DNA from: Candidatus Dojkabacteria bacterium
GTDB taxonomy: Bacteria; Patescibacteriota; Dojkabacteria; B142; JAFGFJ01
Direction of reading: 5' to 3'
Length of the DNA stretch: 64,000 bases
NCBI GenBank assembly: GCA_016931155.1
Contig: JAFGFJ010000006.1
Coordinates: 314,896-378,895, forward strand
Made by a program: the position numbers and the translations under genes. The notes under the pieces are model-generated. The model saw only the letters and a program-made list of their open reading frames with translations, made no database searches and was not told the origin of the DNA. How positions within the stretch are numbered: position 1 is the stretch's first letter; each line of letters starts with the position of its first letter. This document shows positions 56,606 through 64,000 of the stretch, piece by piece.

Positions 56606-58334
56606 ATTAGTCATAAAAATATGCGGTAGCTCGGGACAGGGAATAAACTCTGTTGGGGAACTTACTGCAAAGGCTATCAAGAAGCTTGGTTACAAGCTCT
56701 TTGGCTACAGAGAGTACCCATCACTGATTAGAGGTGGGTTTGCAAGTTATCAGATAGATTTTTCGGATAATACTTTGAGATCATCTTCAAAAAAAAGCGA
56801 CGTGCTCATAAGTCTTGGACGTATTGCTACACATAAGTATTTGAAAGATTTAAATTCTTCAGGAATACTTATTCATTCTCTCAAAGGGATGAAATTCGAG
56901 CAGGATGAGGAGAAATTTATAAAAGAAAACAGAATAAAAGTAATTTTTCTTGATGCTTTTGATATGGCAGATAAGCTTGGAGGAAAAACAATAATTGCAA
57001 ACATCATTCTTTTCGGTTTAATGTGGAAAGTATTTGCGTTTCCAATTGAAGTTGTTGACGAAACTGTCAGGGAGGTTTTCGCTGGTAATCCAAAGTACAT
57101 CGAGCTTGATCTAAAAGCATTTGAGGCGGGATACAATTTCGATCTTTCCGGTGTAGAACAAATAAAAGTGCCATTTAAAAAAAATGAGAAGTGGAAGAAT
57201 TCCATGATTATAACCGGGAATGCGGCGGTAGCACTAGGTTCTATTTCAGCAGGAGTAAGAGCATATTATAGCTACCCAATGACACCTTCTTCATCTATTC
57301 TTTCATACCATGCGGACTTTTATAAAGATACAGGGGTTTTGGTTAAGCAAGCTGAAGATGAAATCACGGCAATTCAGATGGCTATAGGTAGTATGTTTAT
57401 GGGAACGCGGGCTCTTGTCGCCACTTCAGGAGGTGGTTTTGATCTCATGACGGAAACGATTTCTTTGTCTGGAATGACTGAAACTCCACTTGTATGTGTT
57501 ATAGGGCAACGACCAGGTCCAGCAACTGGTCTTCCTACCTGGACAGCAGATGGTGATCTAAATCTTGCAATTTATGCAGGGCATGGAGAATTTCCAAGAT
57601 GTGTTATTGCGGCAAGTGATCTGGAATCAGTTTATACGCTTACTCAAAGAGCTTTTGATATCGCTGAAAAATATCAGATACCTGTTCTGATGCTAACAGA
57701 TAAACAAATTGCTGAGGCTCTTTTCAATATTGACTCTTTTCCAAAAGACTCTGAAGTAAAGAGGTATCTGGTTGAGGGTGATGAATTGAAAAGATTAATT
57801 TCTTCTGACAGGTATAAGTTTGTGAATAATGGAATATCGAGCAGGTGGCTACCTGGATCATCGGAAGCAACTTTTGTAGCAAATGGTGATGAGCATATGG
57901 AAGATGGAAGTGTAAACGAAGAAGCAGTAAATGCAAAACAAATGATGGAAAAGAGAATGAAAAAGCTGGAAACTCTATATCAAGAACTACCCAGTCCGAT
58001 GCTTTATGGAGAGGAAACTGCTGATATTGTTTTTGTAGGATGGGGAAGTGCTAAGGCTGCAATTTTGGATGCTATGGATCAGTTGAAAAAGGCGAAGTCA
58101 AGTCAAAGTATATCCTACCTCCATTTTGACTATATTTATCCATTAAAAACAGAGGAAATTATGGATTTGTCAGAAAAAGCAAGGAAGGTTGTGCTTGTAG
58201 AAAATAATTATTCTGGACAATTGGGCAATTTAATTGTACAAAAAACTGGTTATAGATTTAATGAGCTACTTCTGAAGTACGATGGAAGACCGTTTTTTGT
58301 GGAGGATATATTAAATTATTTAAAGAAGCTATGA
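56592..58334 (+). CDS. 2-oxoacid:ferredoxin oxidoreductase, fused gamma + alpha subunit
   Basis: N-terminal gamma-domain GSSGQGINSVGELTAKAIKKLGY followed by alpha-domain ITGNAAVALGSISAGVRAYYSYPMTPSSSI. Confidence 0.8.
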   Translation: MTNNRLVIKICGSSGQGINSVGELTAKAIKKLGYKLFGYREYPSLIRGGFASYQIDFSDNTLRSSSKKSDVLISLGRIATHKYLKDLNSSGILIHSLKGMKFEQDEEKFIKENRIKVIFLDAFDMADKLGGKTIIANIILFGLMWKVFAFPIEVVDETVREVFAGNPKYIELDLKAFEAGYNFDLSGVEQIKVPFKKNEKWKNSMIITGNAAVALGSISAGVRAYYSYPMTPSSSILSYHADFYKDTGVLVKQAEDEITAIQMAIGSMFMGTRALVATSGGGFDLMTETISLSGMTETPLVCVIGQRPGPATGLPTWTADGDLNLAIYAGHGEFPRCVIAASDLESVYTLTQRAFDIAEKYQIPVLMLTDKQIAEALFNIDSFPKDSEVKRYLVEGDELKRLISSDRYKFVNNGISSRWLPGSSEATFVANGDEHMEDGSVNEEAVNAKQMMEKRMKKLETLYQELPSPMLYGEETADIVFVGWGSAKAAILDAMDQLKKAKSSQSISYLHFDYIYPLKTEEIMDLSEKARKVVLVENNYSGQLGNLIVQKTGYRFNELLLKYDGRPFFVEDILNYLKKL

Positions 58335-59212
58335 ATTGCAGTAAATGTATACAAATGTTTGATTATTATTCTGATAATATTTTTACCTGGTGCACCAACT
58401 GTGGTAACTACGGAATTTTTTCAGCAGTAAAGAGGGCACTTGTTGCGGAAGAAATCGATCCGAAGGATGCTCTTCTCTGTTTTGATATTGGTTGTAATGG
58501 AAATGGATCGGACAAAATAAGTGGGTACAGATTCCACGGACTTCATGGGAGAGTTCTACCGTTTGCTGCTGGTGCAAGTCTTGCAAATAGAAAAATTAAA
58601 GTCATTGCCTTCGGTGGAGATGGCGGTACTTTGAGTGAAGGTATTAATCATCTTGTACATTCTGTAAGATCAAATTATGATTTCACCTTTATTCTCCATA
58701 ACAACGAAAACTACGGATTAACAACTGGACAAGCGTCTCTGACAACGAGAAAGGGTAAACCAATGAATGCTGCTCCCGATGGGGTAGTAGTGGAACCAAT
58801 GAATGTTATGGAATTTATTTTAGGGCTAAAACCGTCCTTTGCAGCAAGAGCTTTCTCTGGAGATGTGAAGCATATGACCGAAATAATAAGAGCTGGAATT
58901 AAACACCGCGGGTTTTCTTTTATTGAGATTCTTCAAAATTGTACGACGTATAATGCAGAGACACCTCATGAATGGTATCAAGAGAGGGTTTATGATATTT
59001 CGAAATTAAAAGGATATAACAAAGCTGATTTGGAATCTGCGAAGGAAGTTTCGAAGGATCTGGAGGAAAATATTGCGACTGGTGTATTGTACGAAGATGA
59101 AGATAGTGTAGACTTTTATTCAAGGCTTGCTAACAGGAAAGGAACACAAACAGAGCTGGTTGATGAGGTGAAAAACTATGAAATAGGCAATTTTCTGTCG
59201 CGATTTAATTAG
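58331..59212 (+). CDS. 2-oxoacid:ferredoxin oxidoreductase beta subunit (TPP-binding)
   Basis: WCTNCGNYGI and GGDGG...NNENYGLTTGQ TPP-binding motifs. Confidence 0.8.
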   Translation: MNCSKCIQMFDYYSDNIFTWCTNCGNYGIFSAVKRALVAEEIDPKDALLCFDIGCNGNGSDKISGYRFHGLHGRVLPFAAGASLANRKIKVIAFGGDGGTLSEGINHLVHSVRSNYDFTFILHNNENYGLTTGQASLTTRKGKPMNAAPDGVVVEPMNVMEFILGLKPSFAARAFSGDVKHMTEIIRAGIKHRGFSFIEILQNCTTYNAETPHEWYQERVYDISKLKGYNKADLESAKEVSKDLEENIATGVLYEDEDSVDFYSRLANRKGTQTELVDEVKNYEIGNFLSRFN

Positions 59213-59326
59213 GCAATTGTTTATTAAGCTAGTAGGAGACACGACCTTCTTCACACTGTTTTTCGACCATTGAGATTCTTTTGCATGGTCAGTTTATTGT
59301 TTAGGGAAGTACTTATCCAATTAAGC

Positions 59327-59374
59327 TTATCTATTCATTGAAGATTATCTGTTCATAAATATTTATCTACTCAT
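59327..59374. repeat. Three direct repeats TTATCT(A/G)(T/C)TCAT at exact 18-bp periodicity, plus flanking GAAAGCTT(G/A)TTT duplication
   Basis: Copies at 59327, 59345 and 59363; gaaagcttgttta/gaaagcttattt at 59375/59392; in the convergent korB/acd intergenic region. Confidence 0.6.
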
Positions 59375-59397
59375 GAAAGCTTGTTTACCACGAAAGC

Positions 59398-61515
59398 TTA
59401 TTTGCGCACAAAGATTTTAATATCGACTGCAACACATCTTTCCTTTGTTATCATTGCTGGATTGATATCGATAGATTCAATTTCGGGATAAAGAAGAACA
59501 AGCTTTTGAACGGACTCAATTGTATCTATTAGCTTTTCGTAAGCTAAAGCTTGAAGCCCTCGTGTTCCCTTTACTACAGTTGAGATTTTTGTTTTATCTA
59601 TCATTTCCATTATTTGATTTCTGGACATCGGAACAAGTCCGGTTGATGTATCCTTATATACTTCTGTGTAAATACCTCCCTTGCCGAACAATACAATATG
59701 TCCAAATCCTTTACCATTATTATAAACAAGAGAATCGCCATCTCTGTTTGTGCCAATTATCAATTCTTCATCTGCCCTGATCTGTTCTTGAACCAGTATT
59801 ATAGGTGATTTATTGTTTGTAGCATTATAAATGTTCTTCTTGAGTTGAATGTAAGCTGATTGAAGCTCGTTTTCATTTGAAATGTTTAAAAATAGTGCTT
59901 TAAAGTCCGTTTTATGGCTGATATCTTCGGTTGAGGCTTTCAGCACAAGAGGATATCGAGTCTTATTTGCAAAAAGAATAGCTTCGTCAATATTTTTAAC
60001 AACTGCTTCTTTAGGTAAATCAAAATTCACCTCAGATGCAAGTTTTCTTACTAGATTCTCCGGTAGTGGTGTGGATTTATCTGAAAGATACTTCAAGATC
60101 TCGTTACTATATTTTGACTCACCTTTAAAAATACTGTCGCTGCTCGCAACTTTTAGTCTTGAAGAAATCAGTGAATAATCAGTCAGTTTTTTGAGAGCAT
60201 ATATTGCATTCTCCGGTGAGTCGAAAGAAGCGATCTTATTATTATAAAGTCTTTCCAAGCCCGCCTCAATATATCGTCCACCAATAAAGACTGGAATAAC
60301 TGGTTTCTCTCCAGTTAGGGAGAAATTTATCAACAGTTTAGCAGTTTCCTCTATTTGAGTGACAATTTGTGGTGAGAGAAGACAGATAATTGAGTCAATA
60401 TTTTGATCTTTAATGGCAATATTCAAGGCAGTATTGTATCTATCTGCCTGTGCATCTCCGATTATGTCTATTGGATTGTTGACACTAGCTGCAGCTGGAA
60501 GTGATTTTTTTAGTAATTTCCTTGACTTTTCTGTCGGTTCTGCAAGTTTTAACCCTGCCTTTACAATCTCATCTGTCATAATTATCCCCGGACCGCCAGC
60601 GTTTGTAATGATTGCTACTTTATCACCTTTAGTTTTCTTTGAGTACGAGAGTATCATAAGTGTGTTGAACATCTTTTCTATTCCATCAACCTGTATTATG
60701 CCGTACTGCTGGAGAGCAGTTCTTGTAATGATTGATGATCCTGCAAGTGAGCCGGTGTGTGATGAAATGGCTTTTTGTGCTTCCTGTGTTTCTCCTGGGT
60801 GAAGTACTACAACAGGCTTAAGGGAATTTTTTCTAATAAGCTCAAGGAGATCTCTTCCGTTCTCAAACTCTTCAATGTACATTCCGATGACTTTTATTCT
60901 ATCGTCTTTTAGCCAGTGTTCTAAAAAATCCAGCTCATTCAGGTCGGATTTGTTTCCTAGTGAAACAAAGTGCGAAAACCCGAGATTTTTTTTCATTGCA
61001 AGGTCAAGAAGGGCAGTGTTGAATGCCCCTGATTGTGAAACAAATGCAATATTCCCTTCCTCGATGTCTTGTGCTGCAAAGGTAGCATCAAGCTTATTCC
61101 TGGTTACAGCTATGCCCAAACAATTTGGACCCAGTATTCTAAGCCCATTTTTGCTGGCATAAGCAACTATCTTTTCTTCCAGTTTTTTCCCCTCTTTTCC
61201 AGTTTCACTGAATCCTGCTGAAATAATAATTGCGTATTTAACTTTTTTTTCAGCACAATCTTTTATTACGTCGAAAACGAATTGGGAAGGAATTACGATC
61301 ACAGCTACTTCAACAGCATCTGAGATACAGCCTACTTTTGGATAGCATTTGTTTCCAAAAATTTCCTTGTAATTTGGATTTACTGGATATACCCTGCCCT
61401 CATATCCTTCAGAGATTATATTGTTGTATATAATTGTTCCCAGTTTTGTTGTGTTATCAGAGACACCGATCACTGCGATAGATTTTGGATTAAATAGGCT
61501 GTCCAGATTTGTCAT
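59398..61515 (-). CDS. Acetyl-CoA synthetase (ADP-forming), fused alpha-beta (NDP-forming acyl-CoA synthetase family)
   Basis: N-terminal CoA-binding Rossmann block KSIAVIGVSDNTTKLGTIIYNNI, succinyl-CoA-synthetase-like ligase domains, C-terminal ATP-grasp. Confidence 0.8.
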   Translation of the reverse strand: MTNLDSLFNPKSIAVIGVSDNTTKLGTIIYNNIISEGYEGRVYPVNPNYKEIFGNKCYPKVGCISDAVEVAVIVIPSQFVFDVIKDCAEKKVKYAIIISAGFSETGKEGKKLEEKIVAYASKNGLRILGPNCLGIAVTRNKLDATFAAQDIEEGNIAFVSQSGAFNTALLDLAMKKNLGFSHFVSLGNKSDLNELDFLEHWLKDDRIKVIGMYIEEFENGRDLLELIRKNSLKPVVVLHPGETQEAQKAISSHTGSLAGSSIITRTALQQYGIIQVDGIEKMFNTLMILSYSKKTKGDKVAIITNAGGPGIIMTDEIVKAGLKLAEPTEKSRKLLKKSLPAAASVNNPIDIIGDAQADRYNTALNIAIKDQNIDSIICLLSPQIVTQIEETAKLLINFSLTGEKPVIPVFIGGRYIEAGLERLYNNKIASFDSPENAIYALKKLTDYSLISSRLKVASSDSIFKGESKYSNEILKYLSDKSTPLPENLVRKLASEVNFDLPKEAVVKNIDEAILFANKTRYPLVLKASTEDISHKTDFKALFLNISNENELQSAYIQLKKNIYNATNNKSPIILVQEQIRADEELIIGTNRDGDSLVYNNGKGFGHIVLFGKGGIYTEVYKDTSTGLVPMSRNQIMEMIDKTKISTVVKGTRGLQALAYEKLIDTIESVQKLVLLYPEIESIDINPAMITKERCVAVDIKIFVRK

Positions 61516-61760
61516 GTCAAAGTAATGGTTTATTAATGGAAACAGTTTAGCAGAATTCTATCAGTTTGAAACATTGTCTTGCTTTTCAGTTGTTGTCTTT
61601 AGAGGCTTGTAGTTGATATCTTATACTTTAGAAAAACCAGGCAGAAAAGAAAATTATGTATCCAAGCGAGCAATATCTTCATTTATAAATAATAAGTAAA
61701 AGTCGATTTATAAGGATACTACTTTGCTTCATGAGAATAATGGGGGTTAAGCTGGAACAT

Positions 61761-62942
61761 CTATTTTCCAATTTCAAAGTAATCCCTTTTCTCAAGTTTT
61801 TCAGGCATACATCTTTGATCAGATTTTTTTGAAGGAAGGTTGTGATCGTATTCGTAGCCTTTGCCATATCCCATGTCTTTCATAAGTTTTGTGGGTGCAT
61901 TTCTAATATGCATTGGGACAGGAAGATTCCCATATTTCAGAACGTCCTGTTTTGCTTTTTCAGCTGCTATATAAGAAATATTGTTCTTTGGAGATTTAGC
62001 CAGGTATTCTGCGAGTTGTACGAGTGCAGTATTGCATTCTGGAATACCAAGCTTTTGGCAGGTGTCGAATACAACGTTTGCAAGTAGTAGTGCATTTGGA
62101 TTTGCATTTCCTATGTCTTCGCTTGCAAATCTCAAGAGTCTTCTTGCAATGTATAGGGGATCTTCTCCTGCTTCGAGCATTCTAACTATCCAGTAGACTC
62201 CGGCTGTTGCATTACTGCTCCTCAAACTTTTATGTATTGCTGAGATTATATTGAAATGCTCATCTCCTTTTTTGTCGTAACGGAGAAATCTTTGAATAGA
62301 TTTTTCAATAACCTCTTTATTAATCTCTTTTTCTTTTGTAAGATTGGCAGAAATTTCAAGGCTGTTTAGGGCAAATCTCATATCTCCATTGCTCAGATCT
62401 GCGAGATAAGCCAATGTTGTTTTTTTCATTTTCCTCTTTAAAGTTTTTAGTCCTCTTTCCAGAGCAATAATAATGTTTTCAGGAGAGTGGCTATTGAATA
62501 CGAAAACTCTTGTTCTTGAGAGCAGAGGAGAGATGACTGTGAAGCTTGGGTTTTCAGTTGTTGCTCCTATCAGAATTATCTCTCCAGATTCAACAAAGGG
62601 AAGAAGTGCGTCCTGCTGTGCCTTGTTCCATCTATGAATTTCGTCGACGAAGAGAATAGTAAGTCTGCGGTAGTCTTTATTTGCCTTGGCAGTAGTAATG
62701 ACTTTTTTTAGGGTATCTTTCCCATCAATTACAGCTGAAATTCTAATGAAATCAGAGAAGACGGTTTTAGAAATAATTTCAGCAAGTGTGGTTTTTCCGC
62801 TTGCAGGTGGACCCCAGAAAATCATGCTTGGAATTTTTCCTGAGTCTATTAGTATACGTAAGGAACCGTCTTCTCCTGTGAGATGTTCCTGCCCAATAAA
62901 CTCTTCAAGTGTCTTTGGTCTGAGTTGTGATGCTAGTGGCAT
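61761..62942 (-). CDS. rarA: Replication-associated recombination protein A (AAA+ ATPase, MgsA/RarA)
   Basis: GPPASGKTTLAEII Walker A, ILFVDEIHRWNKAQQDALLP Walker B/sensor, MgsA C-terminal domains. Confidence 0.88.
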   Translation of the reverse strand: MPLASQLRPKTLEEFIGQEHLTGEDGSLRILIDSGKIPSMIFWGPPASGKTTLAEIISKTVFSDFIRISAVIDGKDTLKKVITTAKANKDYRRLTILFVDEIHRWNKAQQDALLPFVESGEIILIGATTENPSFTVISPLLSRTRVFVFNSHSPENIIIALERGLKTLKRKMKKTTLAYLADLSNGDMRFALNSLEISANLTKEKEINKEVIEKSIQRFLRYDKKGDEHFNIISAIHKSLRSSNATAGVYWIVRMLEAGEDPLYIARRLLRFASEDIGNANPNALLLANVVFDTCQKLGIPECNTALVQLAEYLAKSPKNNISYIAAEKAKQDVLKYGNLPVPMHIRNAPTKLMKDMGYGKGYEYDHNLPSKKSDQRCMPEKLEKRDYFEIGK

Positions 62943-63153
62943 ATTGGCTTCGGTATAGTTACGGGTTATCTGATTCTATTTATAAATAAGCCAAAAGTCA
63001 ACACAAGCGTGTGGGAAAACAATGATATTTGCAGGTGTAGTTTTGGAGACTTCTCGCAAATGTGCGTATTGTGTGATAAAAAATCCTTTCCAAATATTTT
63101 TTACTAGAAATATTAGTATTAGATACTATCAGACAAATCATATTCAAGCCCTA

Positions 63154-63182
63154 TTGCCTATATATTAGTTATAGAGTATAAT
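63154..63182 (+). promoter_or_regulatory. Candidate promoter TTGCCT-17nt-TATAAT upstream of the terminal partial ORF
   Basis: Perfect -10 hexamer at 63177-63182, -35-like hexamer at 17-nt spacing, 16 nt before the ATG at 63199. Confidence 0.35.
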
Positions 63183-63198
63183 TTTTGGGCAAACATTT

Positions 63199-64000
63199 AT
63201 GATGCAAATGCCAGATATACAAGAAAATATAGAAAATGAACAAGCTGGATTATTTGATCCAAGTTTTGCATACGAGGATCTGAGACTGCTGGAATATTTT
63301 TCTACGCCTCAACAGGTACTTTCGGATGAGGAAGCAGATAAATATATTGACTTAATAAATACAGTTTTTCAACCCGACTTGGAAGTCAATCGTTCTCACG
63401 CCTTAGGATATAAAGTAATGCTTGGTATGGTGGGTGTCGGGGGTGATTTTGCAGCGGGTCTTGAAGAAATCTCTGCTGAGGAAGATAGACTGCAATATGT
63501 GATAATGATGTCTCGCAGGGATAAGTATGTAAATTATGTAAGTCCATTATACACAAAAGGATATAGTGCTTTAGCGACAAATGATCCTTCTCGAATAAAA
63601 GATTACTCAAAATGGAATTTTAACAACCAGCAGGAAGCGTATGAATATTTTAGTAAGTACATTGAATATGCTAACAGTAATGTTGATTTCATCAAATTTC
63701 TTGGATATATTCTTTATTTTTTGGAACGGAGGGAATCTATTGAGACAGGAATTGATGACAATTCAACTGAGGGGCTAATTCAAATTACATCTGAGAATGA
63801 CTATCTGCATAAAAGTGCGAGGATAGGAATATTTAATTTCTTTATATTTAATCAGATGTATCCACTTGATGATGACAAGAGAAAAACGGTTTTAGAGAGT
63901 CTTGGAATACCTGCGGAGAAGGTTCCAATATTAAACTTGATGGATGATGACCTTGTCAAGACCCTTTGGGAAGAAGATGCGAAAAGCATTGAGTGGGCAC
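63199..64000 (+). CDS. Hypothetical protein, 5' portion (runs off the window end; absent from the ORF track)
   Basis: Hand translation MMQMPDIQENIENEQAGLFDPSFAYEDLRLLEYF... stays open for 267 codons to the window edge; no family recognised. Confidence 0.45.
   Translation, partial: MMQMPDIQENIENEQAGLFDPSFAYEDLRLLEYFSTPQQVLSDEEADKYIDLINTVFQPDLEVNRSHALGYKVMLGMVGVGGDFAAGLEEISAEEDRLQYVIMMSRRDKYVNYVSPLYTKGYSALATNDPSRIKDYSKWNFNNQQEAYEYFSKYIEYANSNVDFIKFLGYILYFLERRESIETGIDDNSTEGLIQITSENDYLHKSARIGIFNFFIFNQMYPLDDDKRKTVLESLGIPAEKVPILNLMDDDLVKTLWEEDAKSIEWA

Noticed and set aside
59313-59400. Interpreting the TTATCT repeats as an oriC DnaA-box cluster
   Set aside because: Only 5-6 of 9 positions match TTATCCACA, and the site lies between convergent metabolic genes far from any dnaA/dnaN. 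Kept only as an unexplained periodic repeat.
1-64000. Alternative genetic code (UGA recoded, as in Gracilibacteria/Absconditabacteria)
   Set aside because: Long conserved genes (secA 992 aa, fusA 715 aa, 1049-aa protein) are intact under the standard code, and no tRNA with a UCA anticodon is seen.
1-64000. CRISPR arrays, integrases/transposases, restriction-modification or toxin-antitoxin pairs
   Set aside because: None recognisable in any frame; the only repeats are short tandem/periodic ones described above.

Overview
The window reads as an AT-rich, small-genome bacterial chromosome segment under the standard genetic code; I infer a CPR/Patescibacteria-like organism, but this is not proven. 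The first ~24 kb is one near-contiguous, plus-strand translation/transcription superoperon. It runs nusA-ylxR, then rlmN on the opposite strand, then fusA, tuf, the S10 operon, the spc operon, secY-map, and infA-rpmJ-rpsM-rpsK-rpsD-rpoA-rplQ, followed directly by rplM-rpsI. L30 and adk are absent from their canonical slots. S12 and S7 do not precede fusA. A non-ribosomal membrane ORF is wedged between rplC and rplD. Many ribosomal proteins carry Lys-rich tails.

Directly downstream, co-directional and tightly packed, sits an envelope/secretion module:
- a GT39 PMT-like glycosyltransferase;
- a PEGA protein;
- a 1049-aa fusion of a degenerate epimerase-like domain to a DUF4012-like ectodomain;
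- greA;
- a PrgI (VirB3)-like protein extended by a coiled coil and a CarboxypepD_reg-like domain;
- a VirB4-like ATPase split into two ORFs;
- a small membrane protein.

Next comes an RNase P RNA gene, which the ORF track misses; it is one of three genes the track misses (rnpB, tRNA-Gly(UCC), rpmJ/L36).

The remainder of the window holds:
- a YugP-like Zn-peptidase;
- secA with a sortase immediately upstream;
- a divergent Cys-rich surface protein with an (SP)n repeat and a DUF11-like domain;
- a CAP-domain/membrane/ThpR operon;
- gltX;
- a pseudo-transglutaminase-like surface protein;
- a truncated PEP-synthase-like protein;
- a lipoprotein and a secreted nucleoside hydrolase;
- an AttH/CrtC-like protein;
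- a Tgs1-like methyltransferase;
- tRNA-Gly(UCC);
- a flavodoxin/2-oxoacid:ferredoxin oxidoreductase/ADP-forming acetyl-CoA synthetase fermentative module;
- rarA.

Several intrinsic-terminator hairpins and periodic direct repeats are visible. There is no CRISPR array and no obvious mobile element. All family assignments come from reading the translations by eye and from recall of family motifs; no searches were run.
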